Shown: positions 13,345 to 25,385 of the stretch, piece by piece
How positions within the stretch are numbered: position 1 is the stretch's first letter
How the letters are laid out: each line of letters opens with the position of its first letter
From: Balanoglossus misakiensis
Taxonomy: Eukaryota > Animalia > Hemichordata
Direction of reading: 5' to 3'
Length of the DNA stretch: 64,000 nt
Assembly: GCA_040954595.2 (NCBI GenBank)
Contig: CM082595.2
Location: 8,290,317-8,354,316 of the forward strand
The notes under the pieces: model-generated
Seen by the model: the letters and a program-made list of their open reading frames with translations, nothing else
Told to the model about the DNA's origin: nothing
Database searches by the model: none
Program-made: the position numbers and the translations under genes

Positions 13345-13549
13345 CTGTAAAACGGGTTATTTTCGCAAGCAACTAATTTTTGCGAAATACGCGAGAGCCA
13401 ACAAAATGTGAAAATAAAAAGTTGCGTAAAATGTTTTTCGGAGATAAAGATGCAATGAAATACAAGAACATGAAAATTAATCCTCGCATAACAGTTGCCT
13501 CTTTTAATATCGCAAAAATTTCCTGTCACGAAAATAATCCGTTTTACAG
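13345..13549. mobile_element. Tc1/mariner-type MITE
   Basis: TA|ctgtaaaacgg…ccgttttacag|TA. Degenerate relatives at ~16040-16226, 17655-17847, 19500-19705 and 29670-29860. Confidence 0.7.
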
Positions 13550-14634
13550 TAATATTGAAGGTCAGAATGCTTTTGATGAGAGAACAATACACCAGTTGCA
13601 AAGTATCTTGACTAACATAAAAATGATTGAATTTTCTGAAGAAGATATAATCTCGCAGTTGGTGTGTTGTTTCCTCATCAAAAGCATTCTGACCTTCAAT
13701 ATTATTCTGTTGAGCTTTACATGCAATCTAGTCTATATATGTTCAGAGGCGATTTTATCATCGGTAACAGATCCTAAATACTAAAAGAGCATAAAATGAC
13801 TGCGACAGATACTTTGTTAGTTGTAACAGGTGTGAAATAAGAATTTGGATAACATTGACAGTATTTTGGCTATTGTTGGGGGGGGGGGGGGGGGTGGAGC
13901 AATAAGTGATTTTGAAACCCCATGTAACACCTGTCTTACCATTAATATGACTGCATTTATGGTACCATAAGGAATGCTAACAAAATGACTGGGGAACCCT
14001 GGTTACATTACCCTGATCACCACAATGGTTCAGTCCAACTGCATTGTTTTCTATGGTAAGGTTGGACCTCTGAAGAGGGAATTGGGGTGGAAGGGTTAAA
14101 AAAAAACACTGACTGACAATACTGCCAATAACAAAATATTGTTTTATCTTCTCTTTGTATACAGCACACCAATACAGAAACATTGTATATTGATCTGCAA
14201 CTCTCCTCCATATCCTTTGCCAAGTCAAGATAGTATTAATTACAGTGGATTTACTGCAGAACAATTGGCTGCCATGTTGGGTGAGGTAAGTAAGCGATGT
14301 AAAACATTTCATACAACACTGCATACTAACAATAGTCATATCAACCTGACAAGGGAAGATGAAAAAAAACACTAAGCCCCATTGAACAGCTGTATTTTCT
14401 TGGAATCTGGTTTTATAATAAACTTTGATTGATTGAAATGTGTTTTACATCTAAATGCATCGTTTTGGGAACATTTTCTAGAATGTATGTGATTATTAAA
14501 TTGAACTTGTATATTTGCTGGGGGCAACTATTTTTTCATTAAAGATGAGGAATGCCCAATGTTCGGATTGTCTTCAAAAAGATGACAACAACTCAAGTCT
14601 CAAAAACTCTTTGTTTTGAATTTTGAATTGTTTT

Positions 14635-17600
14635 TGTTGCATCAGTAACGACTTCACATGTGGATGCCACATTTTGATTCTTAGCAAATGTTGTATTTTG
14701 ACAGAGAGGAGTCCATTCCTCAATCATATCACCCCGCAAACTGCCTGAACTCCAAAAACTTAGCAACAAAGCGTGAAGTACAGATGGTACCTATGAAGGA
14801 TTATGCGGCTGATCCACACCACATGATACTTCTCAAAGGTTATCAACTTGCTGGTAGGTATCTGTTGCTATGCAAATATTTGCAATCATACCATCCTGAT
14901 TCTAAAGTTCACAGGTCAAATATATAACTTGTTTATGTGGCCATTTACAACCAATTCATCATTTTGTGGTTTGTTAAAATGTTACTCGAAATCGGTACTT
15001 CCATGAAATGGTTGTAATATATTTAATAATATTTATTACACATCACAAATTATTATGCGCTCTTGGTTGGCTAATACTAAATATGATAGTACTTCATGAC
15101 CTCTGCACACGAACTGTGCCTTACAGAAGTTATTTTCGCGAGTGATGCAGTGTATTCTGTTGCAGTACTTTCACAAGCCAAGCATTTTATTCCCCATCAT
15201 GTCAATGCCTGGCCAATGAATTACACATCCTCCTGAAAATTGCTGGTAGGTGAGAAATCAGTTTCCATGGTTGCATCCTGGATGAAACACTGGTACAGGT
15301 TCAAGACAAGTTTAGTGACATTGTGTAAATCCACAGAAGAATTTCACATCAACTCTATAATCTTCAATTTTTCTCATGATTGTGTTTCAGAAAAATCTGT
15401 GTCAAGTGGTGATACATAAGAGGTTGCCATCGTGAAACCTAAAACCATAGCAACCACTTCAGTGTCTACAACCACTACCACAACACAGCCATTGAAACCC
15501 GCATCAACAGTTACCATGTTTACAGCATCTACCTCCAGTATGACCTCAAATCCTCTCAAATCAACTGTTGGAAGTTCAACTCCAGGTAAAGTCTCCAGTG
15601 TTGCTTATGAGACATTTGTCAAATTAGGTCCGCACATAATTAGACCACCAAGTGAAGTGTGAGATATAGTAGAATATTGCCATGTTGATCTTCACTACAA
15701 TATTAGTTAAAGTTATATAGCACTCTGTGATCAACGAGTTGAAAATACAGCATGAGCTGTAGTCCCCTTCATCAGCTGTACACGTAGAATGAACAGAGAA
15801 ACAGAGAATCATGGGGTATTCAAAGTAGGAAATATGTGCAGGACCAGGTGCATCGATCAGAAAAAATTCCTACAGTGGATTTTCTATCTGAGGATGGTGA
15901 CTTCATGACCGCGATATTGTGCCCTTGAGCGAGGCACTTTACTTCTCATTGCTCTTGGGAGACTGGCTTTGTAGAGGTGATTTGCACCTGTTCTAGTCTT
16001 TCTACTAGACATATTTTCTGTGTTTGCGATTGATGAATTACTGTCTAATGGGAAATTTTTGTAAACTTCGCGAGAACCAACAAATGCGAATTAAAAAGTC
16101 ATATAAAAATGTTTTTCGGGGATATTGGTGAAGTTAGTGAAATATAAGAATGCGAAATTTAATTGTAGCATAACAGCTGTCTCTATTGATATTGCGAAAA
16201 TTTCTTGTCACAGAAATTTCCCGTTTATTTAGTGTGTGTGTCTGTCAGTCTGTTGCATCAGTAACGACTTCACATGTGGATGCCACATTTTGATTCTTAG
16301 CAAATGTTGTATTTTGACAGAGAGGAGTCCATTCCTCAATCATATCACCCCGCAAACTGCCTGAACTCCAAAAACTTAGCAACAAAGCGTGAAGTACAGA
16401 TGGTACCTATGAAGGATTATGCGGCTGATCCACACCACATGATACTACTCAAAGGTTATCAACTTGCTGGTAGGTATCTGTTGCTATGCAAATATTTGCA
16501 ATCATACCATCCTGATTCTAAAGTTCACAGGTCAAATATATAACTTGTTTATGTGGCCATTTACAACCAATTCATCATTTTGTGGTTTGTTAAAATGTTA
16601 CTCGAAATCGGTACTTCCATGAAATGGTTGTAATATATTTAATAATATTTATTACACATCACAAATTATTATGCGCTCTTGGTTGGCTAATACTAAATAT
16701 GATAGTACTTCATGACCTCTGCACACGAACTGTGCCTTACAGAAGTTATTTTCGCGAGTGATGCAGTGTATTCTGTTGCAGTACTTTCACAAGCCAAGCA
16801 TTTTATTCCCCATCATGTCAATGCCTGGCCAATGAATTACACATCCTCCTGAAAATTGCTGGTAGGTGAGAAATCAGTTTCCATGGTTGCATCCTGGATG
16901 AAACACTGGTACAGGTTCAAGACAAGTTTAGTGACATTGTGTAAATCCACAGAAGAATTTCACATCAACTCTATAATCTTCAATTTTTCTCATGATTGTG
17001 TTTCAGAAAAATCTGTGTCAAGTGGTGATACATAAGAGGTTGCCATCGTGAAACCTAAAACCATAGCAACCACTTCAGTGTCTACAACCACTACCACAAC
17101 ACAGCCATTGAAACCCGCATCAACAGTTACCATGTTTACAGCATCTACCTCCAGTATGACCTCAAATCCTCTCAAATCAACTGTTGGAAGTTCAACTCCA
17201 GGTAAAGTCTCCAGTGTTGCTTATGAGACATTTGTCAAATTAGGTCCGCACATAATTAGACCACCAAGTGAAGTGTGAGATATAGTAGAATATTGCCATG
17301 TTGATCTTCACTACAATATTAGTTAAAGTTATATAGCACTCTGTGATCAACGAGTTGAAAATACAGCATGAGCTGTAGTCCCCTTCATCAGCTGTACACG
17401 TAGAATGAACAGAGAAACAGAGAATCATGGGGTATTCAAAGTAGGAAATATGTGCAGGACCAGGTGCATCGATCAGAAAAAATTCCTACAGTGGATTTTC
17501 TATCTGAGGATGGTGACTTCATGACCGCGATATTGTGCCCTTGAGCGAGGCACTTTACTTCTCATTGCTCTTGGGAGACTGGCTTTGTAGAGGTGATTTG

Positions 17601-17842
17601 CACCTGTTCTAGTCTTTCTACTAGACATATTTTCTGTGTTTGCGATTGATGAATTACTGTCTAATGGGAAATTTTTGTAAACTTCGCGAGAACCAACAAA
17701 TGCGAATTAAAAAGTCATATAAAAATGTTTTTCGGGGATATTGGTGAAGTTAGTGAAATATAAGAATGCGAAATTTAATTGTAGCATAACAGCTGTCTCT
17801 ATTGATATTGCGAAAATTTCTTGTCACAGAAATTTCCCGTTT
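14635..17842 (+). repeat. near-identical 1.6-kb tandem duplication (period 1616)
   Basis: 14635-16226 matches 16251-17842, separated by a 24-nt filler. Confidence 0.95.
15835..15990 (+). mobile_element. SINE fragment with CORE/V-type conserved box
   Basis: gtgcccttgagcgaggcacttt motif typical of animal SINE central domains. Repeated at ~17530 and ~29540. Confidence 0.4.
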
Positions 17843-20019
17843 TACAGTTCATAAATAAATCAACTAGATCTTTTTACTGCAGATGCCACACCAACTAATC
17901 ATCTGTTACCTGGACGACCAAGTCAAATTGGAAGTCAGTCTCCACAACAACTGTCATCCTCTCAACAGAAACTGACTCAACCGAGTCAGCCCCAGATGCA
18001 GGGCCAAGGTAAAAGGTCATCAATGCCTGTTGCCCAGCCTACCAGTTTACCAAACCAACCAGTATCCACTGTCACAGCAAACAGGACACAACAACCCAAT
18101 GTGACTGCCTCAAGTATCCCCATGAGACAATTTTTGTCCACTCAGGTACAGTTGTTGTCTATGTGATTTAAATTAGCTGTTTCTAGTTACCCATCTTGTG
18201 AATTGAAAGCTTTTTATGACTGTTTCACATAGCCTTGTGTTACCATTTTCTATACAGTAAACTATTGTTTCAAAACACATTCAAAACTTCTGTTTTGGTT
18301 GCTAGAAACCCACTCTGTGAATGCAAAGACTCTTTTGGATAATGCCTGAGACTCAGTGATCAATTTCAATTTTTAATGAGATTAATGTTGATAAGCCCTA
18401 ATGTGGGTATGTGTGTTGAAAATAGGACTTAGAGAGTTGCAAGCTCAACATCGAATCAAAAATTGAAGTCATGAATTTAAAATGGGGTTTTGAATACTGG
18501 CCTTGATAATGCTTCATATTAACTAGGTTTGTTACTCTTTTTGGACAGGCAACTTCACCACCAAAGATGACTTCCCAGCATGCACCAGCTGCTGCACTGA
18601 AAGCCGCAGAGGGTGTCATGCAAATGGCAAATGCTAGTCAGTTCAGTAAGATGCCACCAATTGCTGCTGTGAATCCTATCAACTCACAGTCACGACAGAA
18701 ATGGCCACAAAGAGGTAGGTACAGTCAAACCTGTCTATACTGGCCAGTCAAGGGACTTCCAAAACTGACATTTATAGACAGGTGGCTTCTATAGACTGGT
18801 CAATAAATGTGCAATGTACATGTACATGAAATGAAACAAAGTTGCCACTACATAGAGGTGGCCACAAACACATAGTTGACTGTCATATATGTTATGTTGC
18901 CATGGCAGTCATTTACCATGAGTTCGATTATACATTGCCAAAACCGGAGGAAAAAAATATTCAAGTTCCCCTTTTCATATTCTCCATCAATGGTATAATA
19001 CGCCAGTGTCATGACCACACACAACTTCCACCCTGCTTGTAGCCACGAGAGTGAAAAAAACCTCACCAATATGAACAATCGGTCTCTATCATTTATTCAT
19101 TTTGGGCGAGTTTTTATGCTCATATCATTCAAGCGGGATGGAAATTGTGTATGGTTGAACATTCATTCACTACATATACATATGTACATTAACATAAAAT
19201 GTCTCTTGTATCAAACATAATGGAAAAAAAGGGCAGCGAGAGAGAGACTTTGTCCCTTTAATAGAAATGTGCATCTATTTCAACTATTACTTCTGTCTTG
19301 AACAATCTTTCCTTAATAGAGTGGTGTACTGATTAGAGAGATGTCTTATTGACAGGTTTCACTGTATAATATCAACATTTTCAGTTCCATAATCCTTCAG
19401 TGTTTGCCAGAGAATTTCGACAGCACTCAAAAACTTTCTCTGCCATACTCACAATAAGAGAAAGCTTGCACCTGTGTTTTACTGTTAAATTACCATACCA
19501 CAAAAAACAGTTTGTTTTTGCGAGCAATAAAGTTTTCGCGAAATATTGGAGAACCAACGAACGTGAAAATAAAAAGTCGCGTGAAATGTTTTTCGTAGAT
19601 AAAGATGCAATGAAATACGAGAATGTGAAAATTAATCCTCACGTAACAGTTTGGTCTTTTAATGTCGCGAAAAATTTCCTTTCATGAAAATAATCCGTTT
19701 TACAGTCTGGTAATATTGAAGGTCAGAATGCTTTTGATGAGAGAACAATACACCAGTTGCAAAGTATCTTGACAAACATGAAATGATTGAATTCTCCAAA
19801 GAAGATATAATCTCGCAGTTGGTGTGTTGTTTCCTCATCAAAAGCATTCTGACCTTCAATATTATTCTGTTGAGCTATACATGCAATCTAGTCTATATAT
19901 GAACAGAAACATTGTATATTGATCTGCAACTCTCCTCCACATCCCTTGCCAAGTCAAGATAGTATTAATTACAGTGGATTTACTGCAAAACAATTGGCTG
20001 CCATGTTGGGTGAGGTAAG

Positions 20020-21079
20020 CAGTGTTTTCTCCAGGACGCGCGATTGCGTGATTCCCCCTCGATTCCCCCTCTTTTACACTTGAATCGCCCCTTGAACTTG
20101 TTAAAAGGGGCGATTCAATCGCCCCTTTCTAGAGCAGCCCACCTAGCCAGTACTTGTGCGTCCATGCCTCCATAGCATGCACTGTCAGTCAAAACACTGG
20201 GAAAATGGCCGATATTACTGCATGCTGGCCTATACATTTTAACTTTCCACCCCCAAAACTATGTTGTACATGTCTTTCACATTCAATTATGTGTACTTTA
20301 GCTCCAGGGCTATAGTGTGCAATTATTGGAACAGCCAAAGAGTTCTATCTGGACACCGTCTAAATTTAGAGCACACATTCAAGTGAACTTGTTGTTATGG
20401 TGACCTTTGAAATTGGGTTGGCAGAACGTAACAATTTTATGCAAATTAAGAGAACTGCGTTCATGCCATGGCGATTATCAAGGATGTATAATTTTTCCGT
20501 GACCTCGTTTTCTTACTTAGGAAGGAAAGTCATTCAATATGTACAGAGACTGTTTACTTTGAGTAGTGTGCCTAGCCACGTACAGATGGGGAAGTGTACT
20601 GCAGAAATCTGAAGGAAAATATACCACTTCAATTTATTCCACTATTAATGGTTTCACAATCTAATATTTTGGCAGCTAAACTGAAACTTTTAAAAGCAAA
20701 CAAGATAATTTTTTCCCAGGTATAGTATTAAAGAAAGACACTATTGTTTTTGCAGTTGCATTCATTTTATTCATTTCACTCTCCTTGCCAGGGGAGCAGT
20801 TCTTAGTCACTCTCCTACCACTTGTGTAAAAAATTTCAGGAAAGTTATTTTCAGCTCTCCAGCATTTTTTAAATTACACGCCCTGAAAGTTATGCAAGCT
20901 GGATTGTTCCTCTGCAAAACCTACTAATTTATTATTCAAAATGGTCATTACTTGATATTTACCTAAGTAACATAAATTATGCAAATCATGATTCCCCCCT
21001 ATTTTGACCAAATCCCCCCTTAATTTTAGACTAAGGGGGAACATTCCCCCCTTCTCTCAACATCCTGGAGAAAACACTG
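20020..21079. mobile_element. non-autonomous DNA transposon (CAG…CTG ends, hAT-like, apparent 6-bp TSD)
   Basis: 17-bp TIR cagtgttttctccagga / tcctggagaaaacactg with subterminal attccccct repeats. Flanks are ggtaag / ggtcag. Absent from copy A. Confidence 0.85.
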
Positions 21080-21413
21080 GGTCAGCGATGTAAAGGAGTA
21101 GCTCTAAGTGAGCGCTGTTTAAGGCGCGGTGGGGACAGTAGGGGTTCGTGTGCCAGCCAATCATATGCTGTCTGAAGCCCGCCGGAGGGAAAGTTTCCCG
21201 GGCTTGTCATTGCCACTTTTGCATTCGGCGGAGCAGCAGGCTGGACACGGGACGCTATTCCCTTCCGTAGTGTCAAGCGACACTGACAGCGGACTGTACA
21301 TTTATTCAAGTGGTACACTTTGACTTTCACGATCCTTGAGACAGCGGAACTGACCCATTCAGAGGTATTGTCACGATTTCTGAGATTATCGCTAACCTAC
21401 CTTATCCACAGTT

Positions 21414-22760
21414 TTGAGACTTGGCTCGAACGCTCCCCCGATTGACACTGCTACTTTTGCCGCGTCGGACTGGCGAGAAAAAAGGGCAACGCTGAAGACA
21501 CCTCAAACGCTACCTACGGGTAGGCCCGTGCCTGATCCTTCGCTCGTTATATCTGGGTCTGTACCTGAATCAGTGCCCGCGCCGGACTCTGAAGTACAAA
21601 ACTGGGCCGATCAACATGGGATCTTACTGCCAACTCTGAATGTGTTAGCGGCCAACGGGTTTACTACGATGCAAGTGGTCAGATTAATTCAGCATGACGA
21701 TTTATATTTCATGAAGATATCTCCTCTTGCCCAGTTTCGGCAATTGGACGCAGCGCTTATCGAGCTTGCCTCACAGAAACGTACGACCGCTCGACGGGCA
21801 GATGTGGCGGGAGATCGAGATGCCACCCAAGTCGCTGACCGGAACCGTGCGCCCTCGCATACGACGGCCGGACAACAATACACAGACAACATGGTGGCCC
21901 CCAGTACATCAGACTCCCACGAAGCCAGTTCAGCGAGCGCGAAGACCGTCGACTCCGAACAGGCACAACAGGCAAGTCGAGGAGAAGTTGGACTGGACTC
22001 GCTGCTTCAGGCGTTGAATATCAACGCGGGACCACTGAACAATGACCTGACCCCGCCCAGGAAGATACCTCAGCGCATGGACTTAGAACAAATGGTGTAT
22101 TTAAAACCGGCGTCCATGGCAGGTTTGAAATTTTATGACATTGTTGACTATGTACCAAGCTCCCTACAGGCTAAGGTCGACCAAAAAGTGCTGGCCTTTG
22201 GAGCGGGGGAAAACAAACTGGTGTTTGAATCGGGTCCATCAAAACCAAAATTAGGGTCGGTGACCCCTCAGCAATGGTCTGCGGCCAACTCTCGCATTTT
22301 GTACGAACTCATTTCAAAGCACAATTACAACCTTACTCAAGTACAAGAGTATTCAGCATACACCATTAAAGTGTGTCAACTGGCAGACCGATATGAATGG
22401 GTGTCTGTTTTGCATTATGATCGGGAGTTCCGTAAACTACAAGCAGCCTATAATTTACCATGGGGAACTGACTCCCAACATTTGTCCACTGTGTATTTGA
22501 GGGAAAAAGGGGCAGTGCAAAACAAAGCATGGGGGTCATATCAGGTCAAAAATGGTAAGTCTACTTCTGCGGCGCCCGTTGATGTCAAGACAGGACAACC
22601 CATTTGTATCGGTTACAATAAAGGGGATTGCAAGTTCGGGGTAAAATGTAATTACAGTCATATATGTTTGGATTGCAAAAAGGGCCATTCCAAAATCAAC
22701 CACCCAAACTTGTCAGGGGGGAACCAAAGAGCGAGAACAAGCCGCTTCAAGGGTAACTGA
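21414..22760 (+). CDS. Ngaro ORF1 (gag-like) with C-terminal Cys/His zinc finger and putative N-terminal SAM-like domain
   Basis: 448-aa open frame with WVSVLHYDREFRK and CIGYNKGDCKFGVKCNYSHICLDCKKGH motifs typical of Ngaro ORF1. Start codon uncertain. Confidence 0.8.
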   Translation: MRLGSNAPPIDTATFAASDWREKRATLKTPQTLPTGRPVPDPSLVISGSVPESVPAPDSEVQNWADQHGILLPTLNVLAANGFTTMQVVRLIQHDDLYFMKISPLAQFRQLDAALIELASQKRTTARRADVAGDRDATQVADRNRAPSHTTAGQQYTDNMVAPSTSDSHEASSASAKTVDSEQAQQASRGEVGLDSLLQALNINAGPLNNDLTPPRKIPQRMDLEQMVYLKPASMAGLKFYDIVDYVPSSLQAKVDQKVLAFGAGENKLVFESGPSKPKLGSVTPQQWSAANSRILYELISKHNYNLTQVQEYSAYTIKVCQLADRYEWVSVLHYDREFRKLQAAYNLPWGTDSQHLSTVYLREKGAVQNKAWGSYQVKNGKSTSAAPVDVKTGQPICIGYNKGDCKFGVKCNYSHICLDCKKGHSKINHPNLSGGNQRARTSRFKGN

Positions 22761-24510
22761 CCTGCCCACCCCTCCCCCCTTCCCTTCAGCCTTACGTTAT
22801 GAAGCCTGGGTTACTGAAATTTTCCCCAATGACCCAGACAAAGATTTTATTCTTGACGGGATTGAACAGGGTTTTTGCATTGTCGATCCTGGTTCTAATA
22901 TCCGCCCTGCTGAGACAAATAATTACAAATCTGCAACGGACCCCTCATTTCGTGTTGCAGTGGAGGAACAAATTTTGGTTGAGTTGAGTGAAGGTCGTTA
23001 TGAGGTCACATCTGACAAACCAACTATTGTAAGCGCACTGGGGGCCATTCCCAAACAAAACTCTCCAGATGTTAGACTGATTCATGATTGCAGTCAACCG
23101 CCCAATTTTGCAGTCAACGACTATGCAACTAATCCTTCGTTTTCCTTCCAAACCTTTGGGGAGGCCACCAAATTAATTAAGCCAGGGTCCTTTTTAGCTA
23201 AGGTGGATTTGAAGTCTGCATACAGGTCTGTCCGTATCCATCCATCTATTAATAGTGCTACTGGGTTGAAATGGACCTTTTCTAACATGCAAGAGGCTAC
23301 TTATATGTTCGACACGAGGCTCCCATTTGGAGCCAAAAAGGCCCCCATCATTTTTCACCGTCTCACCCAAGATGTGCGTAGGATGATGCATCGCAAGGGT
23401 TATGTTTGTTTAGTGGTCTACCTTGATGATTTCCTCATTGTTGCAGATACTTACCAGGAGTGCCAAATTGCCCTGAACACCCTTATTTCATTGCTTCGTA
23501 AGTTAGGGTTTGCTATTGCTTGGGGGTAAGGTTGAGAGACCCACTCAACGGTTAGTATTTTTAGGTATTGAAATTGATACCCGCGCTTTTACTGTTGCCT
23601 TGCTGCTGCCAAAGCTTCATGAGCTTTATTCATTGCTGCTTATTTTTCACACAAAAACACGTGCATCCCGCCGCCAGCTGCAATTCCTTGCTGGGAAATT
23701 AAACTGGGCTTGCCAGGTCATTGTCGGAGGTAGGACTTTCCTCCGTCGCATCCTGGAATGCATTAATAATCTCCGCCAACCTTCTCATAAAGTTATCCTT
23801 GGTAGGGAATTTAAGGCCGATCTTGATTGGTGGATTCGCTTTTTACCACATTTTAATGGCACTTGCAAGATTCTGAATACAGACCCTATAACTGATGTGC
23901 ATACAGATGCTAGCAACACCGCTGCCGGTGCTTATTTTAGGGGGGATTGGGTGTACACCAGGTGGGCTGACTGGCCATCTACTTCACACTTCATATTAAT
24001 TACAAAGAGGTGCTGGCTGTTGCAGTGGCAGCACAAAGATGGGCACCTGTGTGGGCAAATCATAGAGTTGTAATTCACACGGACAGTATGTCTGCTATGG
24101 GTATGCTTAATAAGGGGACATGTCGCCATCCATTCATGATGTCTGTGCTTCGTTCTCTATTTTGGCTCTCAGCTTCTTACAACTTCAGCATTCAAGCAGT
24201 TTATGTTCCTGGTAAACTCAATCACATTCCTGATGCCATTTCCAGGTTGCATCAACCAGGTCAGTTCATGAGGTTGCATACACTGCTCCACCCTTATGGA
24301 GAGCTCCACCCCACCTTCACCTTAGCTAGCTTCCCACTTCACATGCCTTATACTGCTGCTACCTTTCTTACTCGTCAGATCCAGAGATCAAACAGCTGGA
24401 GGAACATCTGGATAGGGAAGTGGCCACATATAGAGGAAGTGCCTTTGCAGAAAATACACAGCGCACATACTCTGTCCACTGGAAGTCATACATCTCCTTT
24501 TGTGTTATGA
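22645..24510 (+). pseudogene. Ngaro ORF2 reverse transcriptase-RNase H, two frameshifts (~23526, ~23990)
   Basis: Motifs RLIHDCS, KVDLKSAY, LPFG, YLDDF, FLGIEID, TDAS, HINYKE, HTDS and NHIPDAISR are spread over ORFs 22960-23529, 23510-24073 and 24010-24510. The first frame is open back to 22645 and overlaps ORF1. Confidence 0.9.
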
Positions 24511-25385
24511 TGGGTTACCCCCCTTTGCCAGCCGGTAGTGACCTGGTTTGTCGTTACACAGCCTACTTAGCTCGCCGTCTAAAGTTCAACTCAGTGAAGC
24601 AGTATTTAAATATTATTCGTATTTTGCACTTAGAGCATGGCTTCGCCAATCCACTCCAAGACAATTGGCTGCTGACTATGCTGTTAAAGGGCATAGCCAA
24701 AGTTAAGGGAACTACAGTTGCCAGGAAGCTGCCTCTCACCCCCACATTGTTATTGGGCATTCACAGTCAGTTATGTTTTTCATCAGCCTTTGATTCTGTC
24801 TTTTGGGCAGCCTGCCTTGTGGGTTTCTTTGGGTTGCTGCGCAAATCCAATTTCTTAGTTCCTTCAGGCTCTAAGTTTGACCCAGACAAACATCTAACTA
24901 GGGCTTCCTTCCAGGTGCATGCATGGGGTCTCACCATCATTATTCAATGGACCAAAACGCTACAAACTCGGGATCGGGTTCTTCAAGTTCCTCTCCCATG
25001 GATTCGCAATCACCCATTATGCCCTGTTTCTGCAGTCCTTAGGGCATTTCAGCATTCTAAGGGGGCACCCCCTACAGGCCCAGCCTTTGTCATCCCTGCA
25101 GGTAATGGTAGCTTCCGCCCGCTCACTGTCCCACAGTTCACCTCAAAGCTCCGCACCCATCTTAGTCGCCTAGGGGTGCAGGTCAGTGAATATTCTTCAC
25201 ACAGTCTCCGTCGGGGAGGGGCATCCTGGGCAATACAGTGTGGGGTTCCCAGTGATATAATTAAGCTGATGGGGGATTGGAGGAGTGACGCATACCTTCG
25301 TTACTTGGTCCTCCCCCTCCCTTTCAAAGTTAACTCTGTTAAGCTTTGTGCCAAACAGCTTCCTTTTTCTACTTCTACATTGTAA
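24420..25385 (+). CDS. Ngaro tyrosine recombinase
   Basis: LLRKSN, TKT, CPV, SHSLRRGGA, GDWRSDAYLRY: catalytic R, K, HxxR, W and Y are all present. Confidence 0.92.
   Translation: MATYRGSAFAENTQRTYSVHWKSYISFCVMMGYPPLPAGSDLVCRYTAYLARRLKFNSVKQYLNIIRILHLEHGFANPLQDNWLLTMLLKGIAKVKGTTVARKLPLTPTLLLGIHSQLCFSSAFDSVFWAACLVGFFGLLRKSNFLVPSGSKFDPDKHLTRASFQVHAWGLTIIIQWTKTLQTRDRVLQVPLPWIRNHPLCPVSAVLRAFQHSKGAPPTGPAFVIPAGNGSFRPLTVPQFTSKLRTHLSRLGVQVSEYSSHSLRRGGASWAIQCGVPSDIIKLMGDWRSDAYLRYLVLPLPFKVNSVKLCAKQLPFSTSTL

Larger units (their letters stand above)
11975..18714 (+). pseudogene. MED25: MED25 (Mediator subunit 25) partial pseudogene, copy A. Exons: 11975-12073, 14165-14285, 14705-14853, 15391-15585, duplicated 16321-16469 and 17007-17201, 17883-18145, 18549-18714
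   Basis: AG/GT-bounded exons translate to GEKYGMISEGLSTALQLFDD, HCILICNSPPYPLP…YSGFTAEQL, RGVHSSIISPRKLPELQKL and DYAADPHHMILLKG, which match the MED25 VWA domain. There is a frameshift near 14762 and an in-frame TAA at 15417-15419. Confidence 0.85.

Noticed and set aside
12840-13784. 130-160-aa ORFs
   Set aside because: They run across HINE and MITE boundaries and microsatellites; no protein-like signal.
11975-18714. Functional MED25 gene
   Set aside because: Frameshift and nonsense codon shared by all copies; 5' and 3' exons not found.
23520-24010. Programmed frameshifts in Ngaro pol
   Set aside because: Both breaks fall inside conserved RT/RNase H sequence without clear slippery heptamers; decay or sequencing error is more likely.
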